Shown here one piece after another: positions 40,693 to 53,686 of a stretch of 64,000 nucleotides of DNA; the first letter of the stretch is position 1, and every line of letters begins with the position of its first letter. This DNA is from Oikopleura dioica (Eukaryota; Animalia; Chordata). Under the pieces are notes generated by a model. That model did not search any database. It was not told where the DNA came from and was given only the letters and a program-made list of their open reading frames with translations. The stretch is taken from positions 11,532,001 to 11,596,000 of the forward strand of contig OU015566.1 in NCBI GenBank assembly GCA_907165135.1. Reading direction: 5' to 3'. The translations under genes and the position numbers were made by a program.

Positions 40693-40827
40693 AGCTCTCC
40701 TCAACATCGGAATGTTACTCTTTCTGGTCATTTTTATGTTTGCGATTCTCGGAATGAGTCAATTCGATTACGTTCAGAAAAAAGGAGTAATCGATGACAT
40801 GCTCAACTTTGAGACTTTTCCAAACGC
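40693..40827 (+). pseudogene. 135-bp duplicated fragment of Nav domain IV S5/P-loop exon
   Basis: Aligns to 37942-38076 ([41 protein letters not shown]) with substitutions. Truncated at both ends. Confidence 0.92.
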
Positions 40828-41082
40828 ATTTACCTCCAAAAACAAACTAAAACACTGCTGAAGCCAATAAAAATAAACAATTTTTGTTAATAAAAATTGA
40901 GATACCTTATGAGAATCTTGTCGTGCAAGATTTGTACAATTTACATTTTCATAATAGTAAGCTTGCATATATTCATGAGAATCGAGCCTATCTTATCAAA
41001 AAAGGGAAAATGATATTGTGGTTATAATACGGCCGGTCGGTGAGTCTCCTTCAGTCTCATTCAGTTTTGCTATAGTCTCAAG

Positions 41083-42011
41083 ATGGCTGAAAGGGTCCAA
41101 GACCATCCGGAGAGTAAAGAGAACTTTTCCAATAGAGTAATTGTGAAAGAGCCGCAGCGTAGAGTTATATCCTCTGAATGTAACGAAGCTCCTCCAACGC
41201 TCTCAGGTTTGACATAGATTAGCACCAAATTCTCTTTAAAAACAACAGAGATAACACCGCTTGTGACTCCAACTACTCCTCCAGCAAATGATGTGATTGC
41301 AACCCAGCCTAACCCGCAGCAGACTAACCCTGAGCATCCAGTTCCTGACTTGTTCGATTGCTGCGCTGATACGGACATTTGCTGCCTTACCACGTTCTTT
41401 CCATGCTTCACATTCTCGATGGTAGAAAACAAACTCGACAAAGGATCGTTTTGAATAATCATTCATATGCCGCATATGATATGCCATTATAGTCTATAAT
41501 TTATAGAAAATTATCAATTATAGTGAAATTCTTGTTTATTTTTTGTAGATCAAGACCATCAAAAGCCCACTGGAAAACATACTGTTTTTCTTGTTTTGCC
41601 AGTTTGCCACGGGCATGTTCCCTCTCCTTTTTACTCTGTCCTAAGGCCATCATCTCGGTTATCGACTTCTGTCCATTGTTGGGTCCTTCGTTTGGTTTAT
41701 GCTGCTTCGAGTACCTTCCTTGTCTCGTAAGTTACTTTTATTTAAAATATATAAATCTTTGATTGAAAATAAAATATTTACTTCTTAATTCAGATCACAA
41801 CATGGCTTGTGTATAAACAACGAGAACGAGTTTTCAAAAGAAGCCCTAGTGGGGATCAGTCCTTTGAGTAATCAAAACTCCTAAAAGAACTCCACTCATA
41901 GTTCCATTTAGTGATTTCTGTACCGTGTTATGGTGCTCTTGCTGTGCGATGATTCAGCATCACAAATTCGTCAAAAATCGCCCTGCAAAACCTTCTGTTC
42001 AAAGTGTTTAA
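41083..42011 (+). CDS. PLAC8/cornifelin-family Cys-rich protein, copy 2
   Basis: LFDCCADTDICCLTTFFPCFTF and DFCTVLWCSCCAMIQHH motifs. Same exon layout and homologous upstream sequence as copy 1. Confidence 0.85.
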
Positions 42012-42390
42012 CTCAATAAACATGATCACAACGCGCAAAAAATACAAAAGGTGTCTTCCTTGATTTCATCATTTCTACAATTCTCAAATTTTGACATCTC
42101 GTTTCTTACTTCTGCACTAACATACTAGCTCATTGATATATGAGGTCATTTTCTAAACACGGATTGCGTTCTCTTCGTACGGAACACTCGTTGCCCTGGT
42201 GATTCCTCTACCTCCACTTTCTCTTATACAAAAAGCCCTTCAGTGGAAGAAGAGAAATTTCCTCCTTCGATATGTCTTTGAAAAGGTTCAAAAAGAGTCT
42301 TTTACTATTTTATTAGTTAAGTTCTATTAATTTTAATGAATAATTTTTGACAAATAATAAGAAAACAATGCGAAATGAGCCTCAAAATAG

Positions 42391-45300
42391 CCTTTTCTCC
42401 CAGGCAACACCGGTTTCGGCAATGATTTGCGAAAGAAAACGTTCAACAAACCCCATCACTTCGACAAGGCAAATGACGTCCTGATGTGGGTTGGAGAGAA
42501 AAAGCCTGGAATTGGCTACGAGCCACTTCCTGGCCAGAAAAAGGAACACTACTCGCAGTTTCCTCCAGGAGCCGGAGAAGTCCAACCAGCATGGATTGCC
42601 TACGACAAGAGAGTACTTTCCTTTGATGGTTTTTTCGTAGAGGTTGTGATTAATAACAACAGCGAGTCTTTCCGAATCCGCCCGGTGAAGGTTTACTTTT
42701 ATTTGGAAGACGACACGGTGCAAGTGAACGAACCACTCGTCGAAAACTCTGGGCTCACCCAAGGTAACACTCTCTTCATCTATTCAAGAGCTTATCGGGC
42801 GGCTCTATCTTCTGGTCTAACGTGTTTTCTCGAGAGGAACACGTATACACTCCGCGGCCGGAGATTAACGACTCTTCGATCTTCGCCGTTGATTTTGAGT
42901 TGAACTTGCGAGTTTCCGGTCGAGCAGATTTAAAATAATAAATTAAAATGGATCATCAAAGAAAACATCACATCGCGCTAGCTTTTTAGAATCTTCAATC
43001 CAAATTTCTAATGATAGCCATTTTCCAAGTCATAAATCTTCAGCGGTCATTAGTTTTCAGAAATATCTTTTAGGATGCTTCATCCGTCGCCACCGCATCC
43101 CTCTTCCCGGGAATTCCGAAAAATTCTTCACTTGCGAGCAGTTCAACGTCGGCGCCACTTTGCCCCTTTACGGCAAATCGATCCATCTCTGCTCTTGCGA
43201 TAAGTTTACTCATGATTTTTTGACATCCATGGGCGTTACTGTCGGCCAGTCGACGGAAATCCCTGTTGATGGAAACACCATTAAAAGGATGGAAGAAATG
43301 AGTCTTCAGAAACCCCTGAGACCGTATGAGAAAATCGACACTTTTGGACAGTTCCTGGAGCGAGACAGAATGGTGCTTAGATTTTATGGACAATGGGATG
43401 ATAGAGACGCTGCTTTTGGTGATGTTAAGGGTTCAAACTACCTAGTCATATTTTTTTATTAAAAAGATAATTGTTAATTACCTATACTATTCCTCCCAAC
43501 CTTTTCGATCTATGAGATGCTGCTGTAAACATAAAGTTCAGGGGCTAATAACTTAGTAACTAAGTCTTAGTTCTTACAGAAGATGCACCTAAACGTGCCC
43601 AATTTGACATTTCGGCCTTTTAGGGTTAAATATTTAATGTTTTTTTCTTTTGATTTGTTTCTTTTTGAGAAGACCTAGATTTCGAATTTTTCGTTGAGAA
43701 TGCTACGTCAGTTATTTACGCTGATGCGGGATAATCTACTCGTTTTTCGTACAATGGGCGGTTTATAAATTTGATAATATTTGGCTGAACCTTCGAGAGT
43801 CCACGACCTGGTGCTCCACTACTACTTGGCCGACGACACCGTGGAAGTGTTGGAGAAAATCAAGGCGAATTCGGGGCGAGACAACGTGCCCGTTTTCCTT
43901 CACCGTGGAAAGCTGCTTAGAAATGCTCCGGTTCCGGTTTATTTACCAGGTGCGAATTTTTAACCCCTCTCCGCGCAACGAAAAATGTATTTATTATTCA
44001 AGTTTGTTCCTTTTTTAATTCTTCGTTTCCGAGTTTCTTATCTTTCTAGTGCTAGTTCTCGTGAAAAGACTTTTTACTTATCTTTAAGAAAGTGTTTTTG
44101 GAAGCTATTTTTTATCGAATAAAAATCGCTACTTATTGAAGACTTCAAGTGATCCCGAAAGAAAATACTCCTGTTTTGAAGATATGCTCATAAAATCACA
44201 TAGGATTAGATGTTTGACTCCGAAAAGCGTAAAATTTTGACCGCAGTATAATTCTACGGCGCGGGATGAACTTTGAAGAAGGCTGTTTACTTACACTCTT
44301 GCCGAGCGCTTCATAAACGGCGCTTCTGCTAAAATCAGCTTCAGGTGCTAAAACTCCTCGAACCGTACTCAACGTTTGCAATACTCACCACATTCTCGAT
44401 GGGCGCAAAACTGGCCAGCTTGTTGAAGAGTTTTACACCGAAAAGGTGAGAGTGCGGAAAACTTGATCGAGTAGTTTGGTAAACCCGGCAGACTGCTAGA
44501 ATTATCCGTTGAATAAGCCAACATCTTCCAATTAAGGATCTGCAAGTCGGTCATGTCATCAATGTCCACGGTAGACCCTTAAGACTTCACAGCTGTGACG
44601 AATTTACCAAGAAGTTCTATGAAACAAATTATGGCGTTTCCGACTTTGGACCTTTAGGAATCAAGCTCAACTCAAAACAATCCCTTTCAAATGAATTATC
44701 GTAAGCTTCATGAAAGAACCAATTCCGGAGAAAAAATCAGCATACTCCGATGAACGAGTTTTACCACCCTACAACGGATTCGGAATCTACGAAGATACAG
44801 TCCAAAACTGCAAAAGCCTCCTTCCACAGCCGCCGAAAAAGGATTTCGTCAAATTCATGAAGCTCGACAGGTAATAGCGCGTGATTAAAAAGAAAATCTG
44901 ACTCGTTTTGCAACAAGGGATGGTCTGAACTCGCACGTCCTCCGATTTGTGGCGCGGATCCGGACAAATGACAAAACTCAGCAGTCACGGAAGTTCGTAA
45001 TTTCCTACTTTTTGTGTTGGGATCCAAAATCACGAATAGAAAGCCGAAAATTTTGATGATCTTTTTTTATCAAATTACGCTAATGTTAATTTGCGATCCC
45101 AAAACTAAAGGCAGATGACACGATTCAAGTCTTTGAGCCTCCACAACGCAACTCTGGCATTTCTGGTGGTAAATTTTGCGAAAGGATGCGAATGGAAACA
45201 CCTGGCCAGGACAAATTCTCCGGCGCCTCCCGGAATTTCTATGGCTTGGAAGACTTCTACGTCGGTGCCGAAATATGCGTCAAAGGAACCACATTCCAAC

Positions 45301-46743
45301 TCGTTGGCGCTGATGCATATGGTCAGTCGTGAAATCATCTTGAAAATCAACTTTCGTCAACCCTTTTCTTTCAGCTCTTGACTGGATGGCAAGCAATGGT
45401 CATCCATGTTCTTGTATACCAAAAATAGAGGCGAAAATACAATCAGCTCTTGTTGGGGAACGCGCTGCGGAAATCAAATCAAAACTTGCATCCCTTGCAA
45501 ACAGGTTAGCACCCGCGAAAGTAATGTGTTTATCCAACACCTTCAGTTTTCTGTTGCCAAAAGCTGTTCAAAGCTTGTATTTTTATGAAATTAGGGTTTA
45601 ATTAAAAGGCAGTCCGAAAAAGACACACTTTTTAGAAGCTCTGGGAAAGAGGCCGAGAAAGAGGCTCTTTGATGTTTTTGAACGGAAGGGATGAAATTTC
45701 GAATAACTTTGATTAAGTGATGGAACGATCAATTTCGAATGCGTCAGAGCTATTTTAGAAGAACTTGGACTTAATCAACAGGAAATATTAACGCTAGGAA
45801 AGTGTTTCAAAAAATACTGTCCTGAATTGACGAAAACAAATTATTTATTCTTTGGAAGGAAAAAAGGGAGATTTCGCGAAAGTGCTCGCAATATTGAAAA
45901 GAAAGAAATGACCGCAAACATCATTTTTTGAAACAACACTGATAAGGCCGGCATTTTTCGAGCTCCACGGGGGATGACGGCACCGTGACTCGAGTGGCTC
46001 GAGTTGTCAAGGACAAGTTAAGAAGGAGGAGATTCGATGAGTTCAGGAAACGGCTACTGGTTATTTCGTGTACGCGTACTTCTATTCGTTGCTTTACAAG
46101 GAGATGTTTATGTTCATTTTTTGAACAGTCACGTTTGTATTTCAAATATAGCTCACATTCCCTTAACCGCAAGTACCACATATGTAAGTCTGTTTTTATA
46201 GAATTGTATTCTCAACTTAATAAGTACACCTATATTTTCCAGTCACTAAGTAGCCGAAAAACAGGCAGCTTGAGTCGACACTATCTTACCACGACCGAGA
46301 TTGTTCTGGTCGCCTCCCGCGGCACCTGGTCGAACGAGTGATCAAATCTTTCAAACTGCCAATTCAGGCTGATGAGATGAACGTATGCGCCCTGTCTTCT
46401 TAGCACGTTGAGTTTGAGGGTTAAACCTTTTCAGGTGCTGTTGAAAACAGATGAAGCTCAGTTGGTTGATTATAAAGACTTTCTTCAATGCATTGATTAC
46501 AGCAAATCCCACGAAGCACCGCCGAGTGACGATGATTTGGCTCCTCCAGGAATTGATCTCAAAAATTTTTTATCAAAAAAAAATTGAGAAACAATAGAAT
46601 CGCTTGCTTTTCACTCGATTGCCCTTTTCAGCCAATAAGAAAATTTCATTTTCCGAGACCAAAAAACAGCGCCTCTCGTGGTCGACCTTCCGCCAATCGG
46701 CGCCGTCAATTATACCGAGCTCTTCTCAAAACTGTCAGTTTGA
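42391..46743 (+). CDS. EFHC2: EF-hand domain-containing protein 2 (three DM10 domains + degenerate EF-hands); start exon not resolved
   Basis: PFLPGN..KPGIGYEPLPGQK..WIAYDKRVLSF..FYLEDDTVQVNEP..NSGLTQG (DM10-1), LHYYLADDTVEV (DM10-2), PPYNGFG and ADDTIQVFEPPQRNSGISGGKF (DM10-3). The N-terminus matches EFHC2 rather than EFHC1. Confidence 0.92.
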
Positions 46744-46850
46744 AACCTGGAAGCTTCGGCCATCAAAATCTCTGTTAGATATTTTCCATACACTGCACGC
46801 ATAATCTATACATAAATATATTTCAATCATACAATCCTAATTCCAAAAAC

Positions 46851-46924
46851 TGCCCTCTGTGAGGCTCGAACTCACGACCTTCAGATTATGAGACTGACGC
46901 GCTAACCAACTGCGCCAAGAAGGC
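46851..46924 (-). tRNA. trnM-CAT: tRNA-Met (CAT), elongator type
   Basis: GCCTTCTTGGCGCAGTTGGTTAGCGCGTCAGTCTCATAATCTGAAGGTCGTGAGTTCGAGCCTCACAGAGGGCA. Cloverleaf with CAT anticodon and GTTCGA T-loop, followed by a TTTTT Pol III terminator. Confidence 0.97.
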
Positions 46925-48534
46925 TGGGTACTGCGCCTTATCACTTCTTTTAGAATTCGACCAATAGATGAATGAAAATGACATTCTCGGGACCAAATCC
47001 TGACCCCCATGTTTTTTGTGCTCATCTGAAAGTCCGTGATCTGGGGAGTCGAATGGTATATAATTCTCGGACTGAGTCATCGGTAATGACGTCATTATGG
47101 ATAATTGAAGGGCCGTATGGGGTTAACCTATAGCTACCGCTAATTTTTAATTGAATATAGGAACCTATATCGATTTTGGGCTCATTCGAAAGCGCAGTAA
47201 TTCAATCTCGCTCAGCGGGGAGAAAACCGAAGAACTAACTGGTTAACTTCTAGTCGCGAAATAATTTCGCAGATTTCACACCAATCTGAACTCGATATTT
47301 TTCTGCTCAACTTGCGTAATGTTTTCACGAGCAACTTTTTTTTCAGACTTGAAAATTAAAATTATTTCTTCAAGAAAGATGCCACCTGAAAACTAAAACA
47401 ACGGTTATGCATCTGGATTCCTTGGCGGTAACACAAAAAGACGCAAATGGCGTTGCTTGAGAGCTCATCAACGACGATTGCTAATTGACGGTTGACGTTG
47501 CCCGGTCGACCGCAGGGACCCTGGTTCCCCTCCCACTAGTACGGTCACATGATCAGACCCCGTTCACATGTTTTTCAAACCGTTGTTTCATGTTTGGACA
47601 TATCGAAATTGCTGGTTTTTACTGATTTTCTAAACACCATTTTCTAGCTAAAAACTCGGGTCGATGGCAATCAAAATATGGAATCAATCCATTTTTTCGT
47701 CGCCAAATTAAAAATCTATACAGTAATTTTGTGCGAAAAATAACATTTTGCGGCTCAATAATGTAAATAAATAAGGTTCAATTAGAGCTGCTGTTTGCTT
47801 GGAATCGACTCATTCTTATTATGTTTCGCGACATCGGTGTTTTTAAATATTAATCACCTCTCGTTGAAAATATTTAAAAACTTGGATTGATACAAAGCAT
47901 CAATCGAGTTGTCAAAAGAACTATCTCAAGTTTGATTTTTTTTCTTTTTTGACAGTGGACACTTCTACTTGCATAAAATATTAAACCAGAAGGCTCCTTT
48001 ATTCGGCGAAAAAAGCACGCTAGAATCAAACGAAAGAATGGAAAGAAGAGACAGCAAAAGAAGTATTTTCAAGGCGCTTTTTACAGGTTGGTTTTTCTTT
48101 CTATTTTCGTTGTTTTTGACTCGCGCAAGGAATGAAAATGATCCGATGATCCGACCCTCTTTCGCATTTTCTTTCTTTGGCGCTATTCGAGAAATTCTAA
48201 CGGCTATTTTAGATCCTCTTGCGAAGGGAAATCCGCCTAGAGAATACGTCAGGCTCGTGGTTACATTATACCGGAACGTGATAAAAATAAGCAGCTATGA
48301 AGAAAAAATGTGCTGCGCTATTTTCTTTTATTCAGATTGTTATGAAAATATGCTTATGTTGCTTGCGAATAACAATGAAGAAATATGTTTTGGTGCCGTT
48401 AGGTGTAAATAAAAGGCCACTTTGTTTTTGCGACTAAGAAACGAGTTTTATACTGAATGACCTTTTTCATGCTACTTTTGTAATGATGACCCAGAAATTA
48501 ACCTGGCCTTTTCTATTTTTTCCAACCACGTGTC

Positions 48535-50240
48535 AAGAATCAGCACACCCGAATGGATGGCCATTCATGGGTTCAATATGATGGCCGCTCTTCATCTCCC
48601 CCACGATGATGTGGACCAAAACAGGTGCGTCTCTTATCACCCTCTTAAATTGAATGTCTATATTTTCCTTTCTTCCCTGATAAAACCGTTGGCGTATTTC
48701 TGCATTACTTCTGTAATTATGAGTCGGTTATTCTATTATCCAGTGGAAGCGCTAAAAGCAGCAGAGTGGTTAAAGTTTTAAAATCTGGAATTTTTAAGGT
48801 TCATGCGCGGTGTAAGTTGCGAAACTGCGGAGACTTCAGGCAGCGATACCGCGGATTCGGATGAAGGAAGTGCATCAGAAGGAGAAGTTGATGTGGCGGG
48901 GTTGAATTTGGCGGCAAATGATGAGGAATTGGAGGAAGAAGAAGATGATGGAGAAGAGGCCGAAGCTGAAGAAGCTGATGCGATGGAAGGTAACTGGCAA
49001 AAAATGTTTACAAAAAGAATTTTACTCATAATTTAAGCCGAAATCATTGAGCTGGCGGAAATAGAAGACGATGAAAAGGGCCGAATAGGCGCTGGCGCTG
49101 ATGGGAAATGGTTGAAAGGACTCGATTGAAGAGCCCCCGCAAAGGAACTTCCGTTACCTCTCGCAAATTTCAAGGGCGTCAAGCCACGTTTAAATTGCTG
49201 CCGATAGACGACTATCTATAAGATTCAACCCTTCTAAAAAGACCGGAGCACTACGACCATCACCCTGTCTATCACGATATCATGGCAAAAGTTCAAACTA
49301 AAATCTTTAATCATCATAAAAATTGAATCGACAACGGGACGAAAAAAAAATATTGAACTTGTCTGATAGCGGAGACGCTGGAACATATCATGGATGATAT
49401 CGATATGGATCACCTTTCAAATCTTATGGCTTTCATCGATATTACCTCAGTCTCCAGGCAGATTTAGCACATAATCCACAGATTTATTTTCAACGGATTT
49501 CTTCGGGGAAAGTTTTGATCCTGCAAACAGGGGTTAATGATTTACACGAAATTGTGGTTATGAAACAAGTCTTGAGAATTCTAGTCTTGGTTCCCTCCTT
49601 CCCGTTTCCCCCCGAAAAAACTCCTTTTATATTATTAAATATTATTTTTAATATTTATTTTAATATTATTTTATAAAATAATTGTTTTAGTCTCTGTTGA
49701 CTTTGGTCATCAATTCTCACGTTTAGCAGCCCCTAATCTTCAACCCAAAAAGACAGACGTTCCCCTAACCAGAACATATCTTCATTGGCCAAAATTGTGG
49801 ACAGATAACTTTTGTAAAAAAACATTGAAGGACTGACCGCTGAAAACGTGGCTGTTAAACTTAATGTTACACGGAAAAAAGCTTCAAAAGCTGGTTTTCT
49901 AAATCAAAAAGATTAAATCAAAAAAGCGGAGGAAATACACTTACTTACTATCCGTCTACAATCACAGAAGGGAGGGTTCATTTCCGCTTTCAAAAGTGGA
50001 TTAGAAATTTTATCTTCAAAGAAAATTGAATATTAGTTTTTAAGATAACGAAAATACGAGTTATTTCTTTAATTGAACCCTTTTTTTCAGCTCCAGATGG
50101 AGCGCCAAATGATTGTGGTGGATCTTGCTTAGGAATGGTTTTGTAATAAGTCTTATTACAATTTCGTCGATCTGACTGTTCAAAACTCTTTAAAAAAGAC
50201 GATGACGACGAGACCGAATCCTGTGAAAGCGAATTCGATT
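48535..50240 (+). CDS. Possible spliced gene(s) with an acidic Glu/Asp-rich tract, product unknown
   Basis: Acidic ORF 48803-49020 (DEELEEEEDDGEEAEAEE) with splice-like flanks and further short protein-like exons to ~50240. Exon linkage not established. Confidence 0.35.
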
Positions 50241-50739
50241 AGTTAAAATATACCTCAAGCCGTTTTTCCTTGTCTTATTTCTTTCTTGTTATCAAATAAC
50301 GCAAGTTTCTTATGGAAATCCCTTCGAATCGGAATTATGGTCGGCGGTGGTGACAAGGAGGGCTCTTTCCCGGGCCACGAGTTTCTAACCCGATCAGGGT
50401 GAAAACTGCGACACGTAATTATCCAGGAGAAAGCCTTCCGATGCTCTTCACTTACATCCTTTCTGCCACCTAATCGTTTTATATTTCTTCGATTAGAAAA
50501 TCCTTCTACGAAGGCCCCAACGCCATAATGATTGGGCATTAATGACGGATATGAACTTTATTTTTTCGAATGAAAATTCAAGATTCTATGTTTTATGCTC
50601 ATGCTGTAACTAAAACAAAGAGAATGAGTATGTCCAAGACGCTTTTAAAATTTTAGCTCTTTTGTCAATTAGTAATTGACAATTACCCTCTTTTATGGAA
50701 GCAAATACTTTTTAAATGCTGGGAAATTCGTTAGTTCAT

Positions 50740-51140
50740 CTGAAAATGCGTTCTTTTCCCCCTCTTTTATACCCGTTTTGCAACGGGTTGCCAATTCTAC
50801 AGAAGACATTAGAAACGAATCCTGCTTTTACACAAGTTCCCGAGTATGAAATCAGTACTGATAATGATACAATTTTGGCCCGAAACGATCCCGACAACTA
50901 CCAAGAAATTAACTACGAGGAAGAGACTACTATCAACATCTATTACGTCACTTTCGGCTGTCTGGGTAACATCATAAAACTAATACTGTAAGATGAGGAT
51001 AACAGGCTAAATTTCAGCTGGTCTTTTCCTGATCGGTGCTCTTCTTGGTCGTGACAGATTGGTGGCTTGCGTAAGATTTGGATGTTTTCGATGAATTTTA
51101 ATTTTTTTAGCTGCTCTTCATATGGTGTTGCTGTTGAATG
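50740..51140 (+). CDS. Possible small membrane protein ending in Cys cluster
   Basis: Spliced reading ...INIYYVTFGCL|AGLFLIGALLGRDRLVAC|LLFIWCCC* using GT-AG introns. Start not found. Confidence 0.35.
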
Positions 51141-51611
51141 AAAGGTTCCAAAATTTTTCTGATTAAACTGGTTCTACTTTTCGATGAAAATATATTTTAT
51201 ATAAGAAAAGACCCTTTCTATGATAATTAATGATAAGAAGAAGCACGCGACTAAAGTTATTTTCTTAAAAAAGCTGAACATTTTGCAACAAAGTGCGGCC
51301 AAAGTGGCATTCGTTTTTCTAAAGAAATCCGCCATGGGAAGCATTTTCGTCCAAATCAACATTTGATTTCTTTAAATTCCTCGCTAGAAGAAATCTCACG
51401 CGCCAGCGTTCATTAAAACTCCGCTTCGTATATCTTCTAATTAAACAAGTTCTAGTATCTTGCTGCTCTAAGAAAAAGCTAAAATATCATCTTATTTTTT
51501 ATTCAACAAGAGCTTTTCGACAGCAGAAGATTCTATTTGCCCAGTGAGAAACATACATAAATTTCGTTACGAAAAAGAACACTATAAAAAGCATTGAAGT
51601 CAAAGTTACTT

Positions 51612-52341
51612 TCAAAATTTACCTCCGTGAACATCTGCGAATGGATAGGCCATTATTCGATCGGACCAGAGCTTGACCTTATCATGTGTTCCCTTAAAAA
51701 TGATATAATCCTCGGATCGTTTTTTTTTTACCTTTCGTGTAAGTGGGTAAATATCCATCTGCAATAAACCACTGAAAACAAGGAGATCTACCCACGTCGG
51801 TCCTTTCGTCCCAAAAAGAAAGTCATTATTCCCAAGAATAGTGTTGAAGTACTCGTATCCCTGAACTCTCACAGCTTCAAGATCTCTATCTGAAACTGGC
51901 TTTTTCGCGAAGAAAGGACTCAAAATCTTCATAGCGCTTGGGAAAAGCGTTCCATAGTAGTAATCGACGATTTTCTGCATTTTCTCGCCTGTTTCTCCGG
52001 AAGGGTTCATTTCTTGAAGAAAAAATAAAAGAGAGAGCCGAAGAAAAGAAGATTTCGTTACCTTTATGAATGCCGTAGTTGTCGATTAGGTACTTGCAAA
52101 TGTCGACAGTTTCGGTGAGAACAGTATCATCGTCGACAAGCACGGGAACGGTGTGTTTCGGGTTGAGTTTCAAAAACCAGTCTTCATGCTGCTCATTTTT
52201 CATCAAATTGATCTCGACATAGTTCACCTTCACATCGCAGGTACGGGAAACCATCTGCGCCGTCCTGGCGAAGGGAGATACGGGGTTGAAGTAAAGAGTC
52301 ACTTCTTTTGCATTTGTAACTTTCGAAGAGTTGCTACCCAT
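51612..52341 (-). CDS. GST: Glutathione S-transferase, theta/delta-like
   Basis: YFNPVSPFAR (catalytic Ser position), LNPKHTVPVLVDDDTVLTETVDICKYL, FLFGTKGPTWVDLLVF. One more 3' exon is possible. Confidence 0.92.
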
Positions 52342-53686
52342 GTTATAAGTAATCTCTTATTGTGAATTTTGAGATTGAATGCTCGTCATGGTCAATTTAT
52401 ATTTTAAATGGCGTTTCTTTCTTCTCGAAGCTTCCGAAACACTATTTGCCAGAGGAGTTCTTTTGTAAGAAACTCTATTTACGACTTTCGATTGATAAGA
52501 CCGGATGGAATGATTCGAACATTCTGGACCTTGCTGCTTTACAAAAAATGAGAAATCATCATCTTTCGCGCCATCTTTATGATTCTTCACGTGTTTTGTC
52601 ATTGGTAGTTACAAGTACATGTTTTGCCACATTTTTCTCCGAGTAATTGCGGTATTTATATGTTCGTTTATCATTCCTCTTCTGTCATTGACAGCTTACG
52701 TCATGAATTCCAGTTCGCCACGAGTTTTCACGATTTCTAATTCAATCAAAAACAGATGGGAAAATGCGTTCATTTAAAACATTGTTCCCCTTTTTTATTT
52801 TAAAATTGCGTGTCCCGGATTGCCGCAGTTATTACGCAACAAGTCGTCGAGGGCCTTGAATTATGTTTCAATTTTGCACCTGGATGCTTTTTAAGCTGCG
52901 GCTGAATTTTTTAGCGAATCCTTTTTGGAGAAGTTTTGCTTTTCTTCAATTAAACGCGATAAGCGAGCTTTAATGCTTACAATCTGCTGGTGAACGAGGC
53001 GCTTATCGCCGGGAATTGGGCTCCTTCAAATGCTCTAATGTGTTTGTTTTTGTTGTTGCAGAATTTATGGAAGGTGAGGCGACAATAACGCAGATACGTG
53101 AAGTGGAAAAGATATCTGAAAAGGGCCTTGCGTCAAGACTTCCTTCTTGAAATTTCAAAGTGCTGGATTTTTTCTTGGATACAACAAAACTGGACGATCG
53201 ATAACATGCCCTTTTAATAAATCAAATGACTCAAAAAAAGGATGAACACTTCAATAAGCCTTCCATTAAATTACTGAGCCCTTAAACTCGCCGAAAAGTT
53301 CGCACTGATCCCCGTCCAGATCCACTATCATTAATCAAAACACGTTTGTGCACTTTTTTTCTTCTAGCAAAATCGCAAACGTGAACAAAAAAGGAGTAAA
53401 GGTTGATAAATGCAATTATCTTGATTTTCACTTATTTAAAAACTGGGTGCCGGACGATGTCAGCTTTGATACAGCTAATTAAATAAACGTTATCATCAGC
53501 TGCTCACGCATGTCAAATAAAATCCAACATTTTGAACAGCTAAAATTTTTGTTCTGAAAAGATGACGATAGATTTGCTTCCGAGAAAATTCTAAAAAGTA
53601 AAAAAACCAAGATTGATATTATTTATTTATTTCAGAGAAAATAATAAAGATTATTTCATGTGATTATAAGGCAGGCGTAAAAACTT

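Noticed and set aside
40547-40861. 104-aa ORF as a second sodium-channel gene
   Set aside because: Only 135 bp match Nav and they are flanked by duplicated non-coding DNA, so it is a junction fragment.
43410-43800. Novel splice-site class at the EFHC2 FGD|VHDL junction
   Set aside because: A canonical GT-AG solution adding two residues (FGDVKVHDL) exists, so it cannot be resolved without transcripts.
52960-53150. Plus-strand segments resembling an AP-complex sigma subunit C-terminus
   Set aside because: The similarity is short and the conserved RxYAxLYF and ELD motifs could not be found.
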